DNA of 63,793 nucleotides, filler included, from Dugesia japonica (Eukaryota): NCBI GenBank assembly GCA_001938525.1. It is 5 parts of 5 records of this genome, joined end to end, with 100 filler letters (N's around TTAATTAATTAA, not from the genome) between each part and the next. Parts side by side here need not be neighbours in the genome. Positions count along the whole stretch, not along the records: positions 54,480 to 63,793 come from MQRL01340202.1; 4 more parts are not named here. One strand, 5' to 3'. Shown piece by piece: positions 59,400 to 63,793 of this stretch (position 1 is its first letter; each line of letters starts with the position of its first letter). The notes under the pieces were generated by a model. It saw only the letters and a program-made list of their open reading frames with translations, ran no database searches and was not told where the DNA came from. The position numbers and the translations under genes were made by a program.

Positions 59400-60320
59400 A
59401 AATATGCTTTGGCTGTTTGAATTTTGGTCGATTTTGGGCAATCTTAGTAAAACATTTAATCAGGATGGTCGATATTTTGTCGAAATAGTATATTTTAGTC
59501 TATTTTTCGTCAATTTTTGGTTGAATTTGGTCAAATATTTACTCACGATGGTAAATTTTAGTGGATCTTTTGTCAATTTTCAATTATTTTGATCAAATCT
59601 TTTCTCGGGTTGAATTTTGTCTATTTTAGTCAATTATAGCTTATTTTGATAAAAAATTTCCCAATTAATGTCGAATTTGATTGGCTTTGGTGGAATTTTA
59701 ACAATTTTGATAATAATGTTACTTGAGATGGTCGAATGTGGTTGATATTGGTAAAACATTTGCTCACAATGATCACTTTTGGTCGAATTTGGGTTATTTT
59801 TTTATATTTTCAAGTTTTTAAAAATTAATTAACATTTTTATGGGAAACCTAGTAAACAACCAAATTTTTTATAAATTTTTTATCGAGTTTTTACATCAAT
59901 CGATGCAGAATTCAATGGAAATCATTTTTCAAAATTAAAAAATTTTCGTAAAAATTTTTTTTTCCTAAAACTGGAAATCACCATGTCTATTCGATAAAAG
60001 ATCTTTTGCTGATCATAATAGTAATAACCATAATGATAAAAGTAAAACCATCCAATTTTAATCTGGATAAAATAAATGAAGTTTTGTATCAAAAAATCTT
60101 AAATTTTGACCCTCAATTTTTTCTTTGTATATAACACGTATAATTTCGAATTTGGTATCATTGAACTCAGAATAAAAAACTGACTGACAAAGTTAAAATA
60201 TCCTCTCGTGAAAAATGCTCTCAAACGAAGATTGTCAGCCGTTCTCCCTGATTAGAAACTTTTTCGAGAAAATAAAAAGTAATTTCGATTTGATCATAAA
60301 TCCATTTATTCGGTAGATAA
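59400..60320 (+). repeat. Dispersed non-autonomous repeat, copy 2 (copy 1 at ~15640-16420)
   Basis: Same subrepeats and conserved blocks as copy 1. Confidence 0.65.
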
Positions 60321-61560
60321 TCTTTTGTTGATTCTGAATATCATTACTTAAAATTACCAAACCTTGATGGAGACTAGTAAAATCCAAAAATCAAAGTGTA
60401 TAATAAATGTTTCATCACAGGATTTGAATACACCACTGATTAGTAGTAAAAGTTTTTATCTTTGGGTTCTTATTCTATAAAGGGTCTTTCAATAATCATT
60501 ATTAATACAGTTAAAAATCATCAAACTTTATCATTGATGAAATAAAATTAAAAATAAATACTTTTTATTGGTTGCTCTCCTGGATAACTGAAATCTCCAA
60601 CGAAGCACATAAAGAATTTATCGCTGATCATTATTAATACAGTCAAAAGTCATCAAATTTTATCTTTATTGAAATAATTAGAAAAATAAGTGTAAATTAA
60701 TTTTAATTTATTTATTATAAAATTCTCAACGTTTAATTAATTTTAAAACTTAATAAAATTTCGTTAATAATTTTAATTAATATGTTGTAATATTTAATTT
60801 GTTGATTATGAATTTTAATGTGATTGAATAAAATTTTGATTATGGAATTATAATTTTTAATTTATATGCTACAATTTCTGATAATTATGATTCAATGTGA
60901 AGGATTTAATAAATTAGTTTACGTTGGTGTAATTTTGATTATGAAGGTGAAATTTTATTAAATTTTACATTAAAGTGTTAAAAATTTTGATTATGAATTT
61001 AAAATTTTAATGAATATTTATTATGAAGCTATAATTTTTAATTAATATGTTTCAATTTCTGATTACAATATTTCAATTAATTAATTTTGAAATATTAAAT
61101 GGTTGAAAGGGAAAATATCTTAGGTGAAAACATTATTTAGTGACTTAACAAAATTTTCACCTATTTATACTACTTACAAATCTTAAAAATTTTTCATACA
61201 AAAAATAAATCAATAATCCAACAAACCACCTTAAAACTATTAGCATCACCTTCACCAAAACACCAAATCCAACAACCACACCAAATAGCAGACCGATTTT
61301 AAGAGAAGTGTGCGACAACTCATCATCATGCTGACCTATCCACCTATTTATATAAAAATGTCTACTTTCCCATACTTTATGATAAATTTATTGGAAAAGT
61401 CTAAAAAATATTATACAGGAGTTTCAAACTCATTTGTGGACCACAAAACTAGTTTGACATTTATTATACTTAATAAAACATTAAAAATAGAATCTCGCAT
61501 TGTATCAAAATTTAATTGATTTTTAAAAATTAAATAAGTATTATTGATGCAATAGTAATT

Positions 61561-61779
61561 ATGAAAATTTATTTATTATTGTTTATTTTATGTATTATTA
61601 CCGTTGAAGCTGGCAATGATAAATATGTTGATTGTTTAATAAAATGTCAACAATCAGTAAGAAAGTGTTATCACATATGTAGAAGTTTCACTTATATTGA
61701 TAGTGATGCAAAATTGGCATGTTTGGAAAATTGTGTTTCAAATGTTGGTCCTTGTAGAAATAAATGTCCAAATTATTAA
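61561..61779 (+). CDS. Small secreted cysteine-rich peptide (72 aa)
   Basis: ATG start; signal peptide MKIYLLLFILCIITVEA with a VEA cleavage site; mature part has two CX3CX6CX3C units; intact single-exon ORF. Confidence 0.8.
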   Translation: MKIYLLLFILCIITVEAGNDKYVDCLIKCQQSVRKCYHICRSFTYIDSDAKLACLENCVSNVGPCRNKCPNY

Positions 61780-63793
61780 TAATTTTTTTTTAAAGATGGT
61801 GAACTTTCAACAAAAAAAGAAATTCAAAAACGTTTCTATTTTGAAATTTACTTGCTATAATGTCGAAATAATGTAACTGATTTCATATCAGATTTCATAT
61901 ACGGTTAAAAATTTTAGTATAAAATAATAAGATTTTATTATGTTGGATAAAATTTTGATAAAATTTCTGTAAAAACAAACTGAAAATCAATCTTATATTG
62001 CAGCTATGTTGATATGTAAATACAATTATGATTTAATTAAAAATTTCGATATGATCATACATGGATTCATATACATGCAAAAAGTAAAAATAACGTGTTC
62101 CAGGAATCATTATGGATTTTAGAGATATTTTTAAATTGATTAAGAAAGATTTCACACATATTACCTAAATTTGCGGAATCATTTACATAAAAGAGAATTA
62201 AAAATTCTTTAAAGAGATTAAGTTATTTTGCTCTATGTTGTTTACATTATACAATAATTCAATTTTATACATAGAGAATATCCTAACTTCAAACAGATAT
62301 TAGTCATACAGAATGATATATTTATTTATTCTGTTGAAATAAATCCGATAATTTCCAGCATAAATTATATTCACTGCCATAATCCTAGAATGGAATACAT
62401 TCCGAACACATCAAACATTCTTTTATATTTCATTTGTAGATAATATGTAGAATATTCTATCTTGAAAAAACTGTAAATTCCTTAGATTAAACCTTAAAAA
62501 AATAGAAATTAACAATTTTGGTGTTTTGGAAGGGGTTCATGTAAAATTAACACAGTTTATCAAATAACTTCTTAACTGTTGTTAGATTTGTTTGTTTTTT
62601 TCATTTCAATCAACTTTGATTCAATACTTTATTTAAAATACAAATAATTCTTCTTTGAAATTCTTATTTCTTTTTGAGCACTTCTTTCAAAACTTGCCTT
62701 TCCCAATGTATATTTCTAAATAAAAATAAATTTAAACAAATTTATTATATTCATTAAAAATATATTTTACAAATATACAACTTCCGAATTTAAAATAATT
62801 TAAAAAATAAACCGATAAATTCTAATTATTAAACTTTTCACTAAATATTTAAATTTAAAAACTTTTGTAAATAAATATTCTTATAAAGCTTTTCAATTAA
62901 ATTTCAAATTTATATTTTAAAATTTTCAACTTATAAACATTGATTTTAATAAAATACAAATTGCATTAAATTTTAAAAATATTTATGAATTTTAAAATTA
63001 CCTAACAGCTCGTTGGGGCCTTTGTATGTATAAATGGTGAATGTTTAAAACTGTTATGCAAAAATAAAGCTTTGTTAAAAAGTGATTATTTGTTTATTTA
63101 CATAAGGAAGACGTTACAATATATTACCATATTTATACATTTCGATAATTATCAACTATATAATATTGTATCTACTGTTGGGCTGAAACAAGCCAGTTAA
63201 TTAAAACAAATATTAAAATAATCAATCGAAAAGAAAGAGCAACGTGATCAAAAAGTAATTGATATAATAGAAGAGAGAAAATAGTATCAAGAGATTAGCC
63301 AAAGTAAAAAGAGAGCCAAAACTGCTCTAAAATGATGAAATTAATTAAAAATTAAATGAGAATAGTAAGAAACCGAGAACGAAACAGAACTGGCAATTTG
63401 ATGNNNNACAAGAATTAATTAGAACAAAGGAAATGAATGCCTCTAGTTAAGCAATTTCCCAGTGAAACATAATAAGAGAGGAAAGCAAGAAATAAAAGTG
63501 CTCAAAAAGCTAATAAATCGAAAGAATGCTCAAAAGATATAGGAAGAGGTAAAAGAAAATAACAATAATGCGATACGATAGAAAGAAGGAAAGAAATCGA
63601 GAAGCTGCAGAACATGCGATATATTATTATGTATAATTATATGAATGTTATAAAAGTATCACTATATTAAAAAGGGGGATATTCGGAATATAATAAGTAA
63701 TTAATGTAAAATTAAGATTAAAATAATTAAATAAAAGAGTTTCGGCAAATGAAGTGAAACTATCATAGAAAGGGAATCTAAAATCGATTAACA

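Noticed and set aside
63360-63793. Possible LTR-element 3' end (purine tract AAAAAGGGGGA at ~63669)
   Set aside because: No TG start follows the tract, no diagnostic protein motif is present, and the window ends.

Overview
Very AT-rich eukaryotic (metazoan) genomic DNA. The composition, the ~45-nt GT-AG intron and the repeat content fit a free-living flatworm (planarian-like), but that is inference. The window is not one contig: four artificial 100-bp linkers (N44-TTAATTAATTAA-N44 at 11081, 29656, 45442 and 54380) join separate pieces. Host genes are the last two exons of methylmalonate-semialdehyde dehydrogenase (ALDH6A1), an intronless peptide-type class A GPCR, the ARID-domain exons of an ARID2/BAF200-like gene and a small secreted 8-Cys peptide. 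Most other sequence is decayed transposon DNA: Ty3/Gypsy gag-pro-RT-IN fragments, a solo LTR, a Tc1/IS630-like transposase relic, several hAT and pogo-type MITEs, and Penelope-like ends with a minimal hammerhead ribozyme. The outstanding feature is the linker-bounded block at 29.76-45.44 kb. It is a GC-elevated, gene-dense island with about 7 kb of nearly continuous, mostly intronless minus-strand coding sequence, broken by nonsense and frameshift mutations. It encodes at least five divergent ubiquitin-like domains in paralogous proteins, a long coiled-coil region and a Thr-rich membrane-anchored protein. Short paralogous coiled-coil genes flank it in opposite orientations, and a GC-box tandem array closes it. 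I recognise no replicase, integrase or capsid gene in it, so it looks like the accessory cassette of an unidentified large mobile element or endogenous virus. A second curiosity is a hAT MITE that carries an internally deleted 18S rRNA fragment, with an empty sister copy in the same window.
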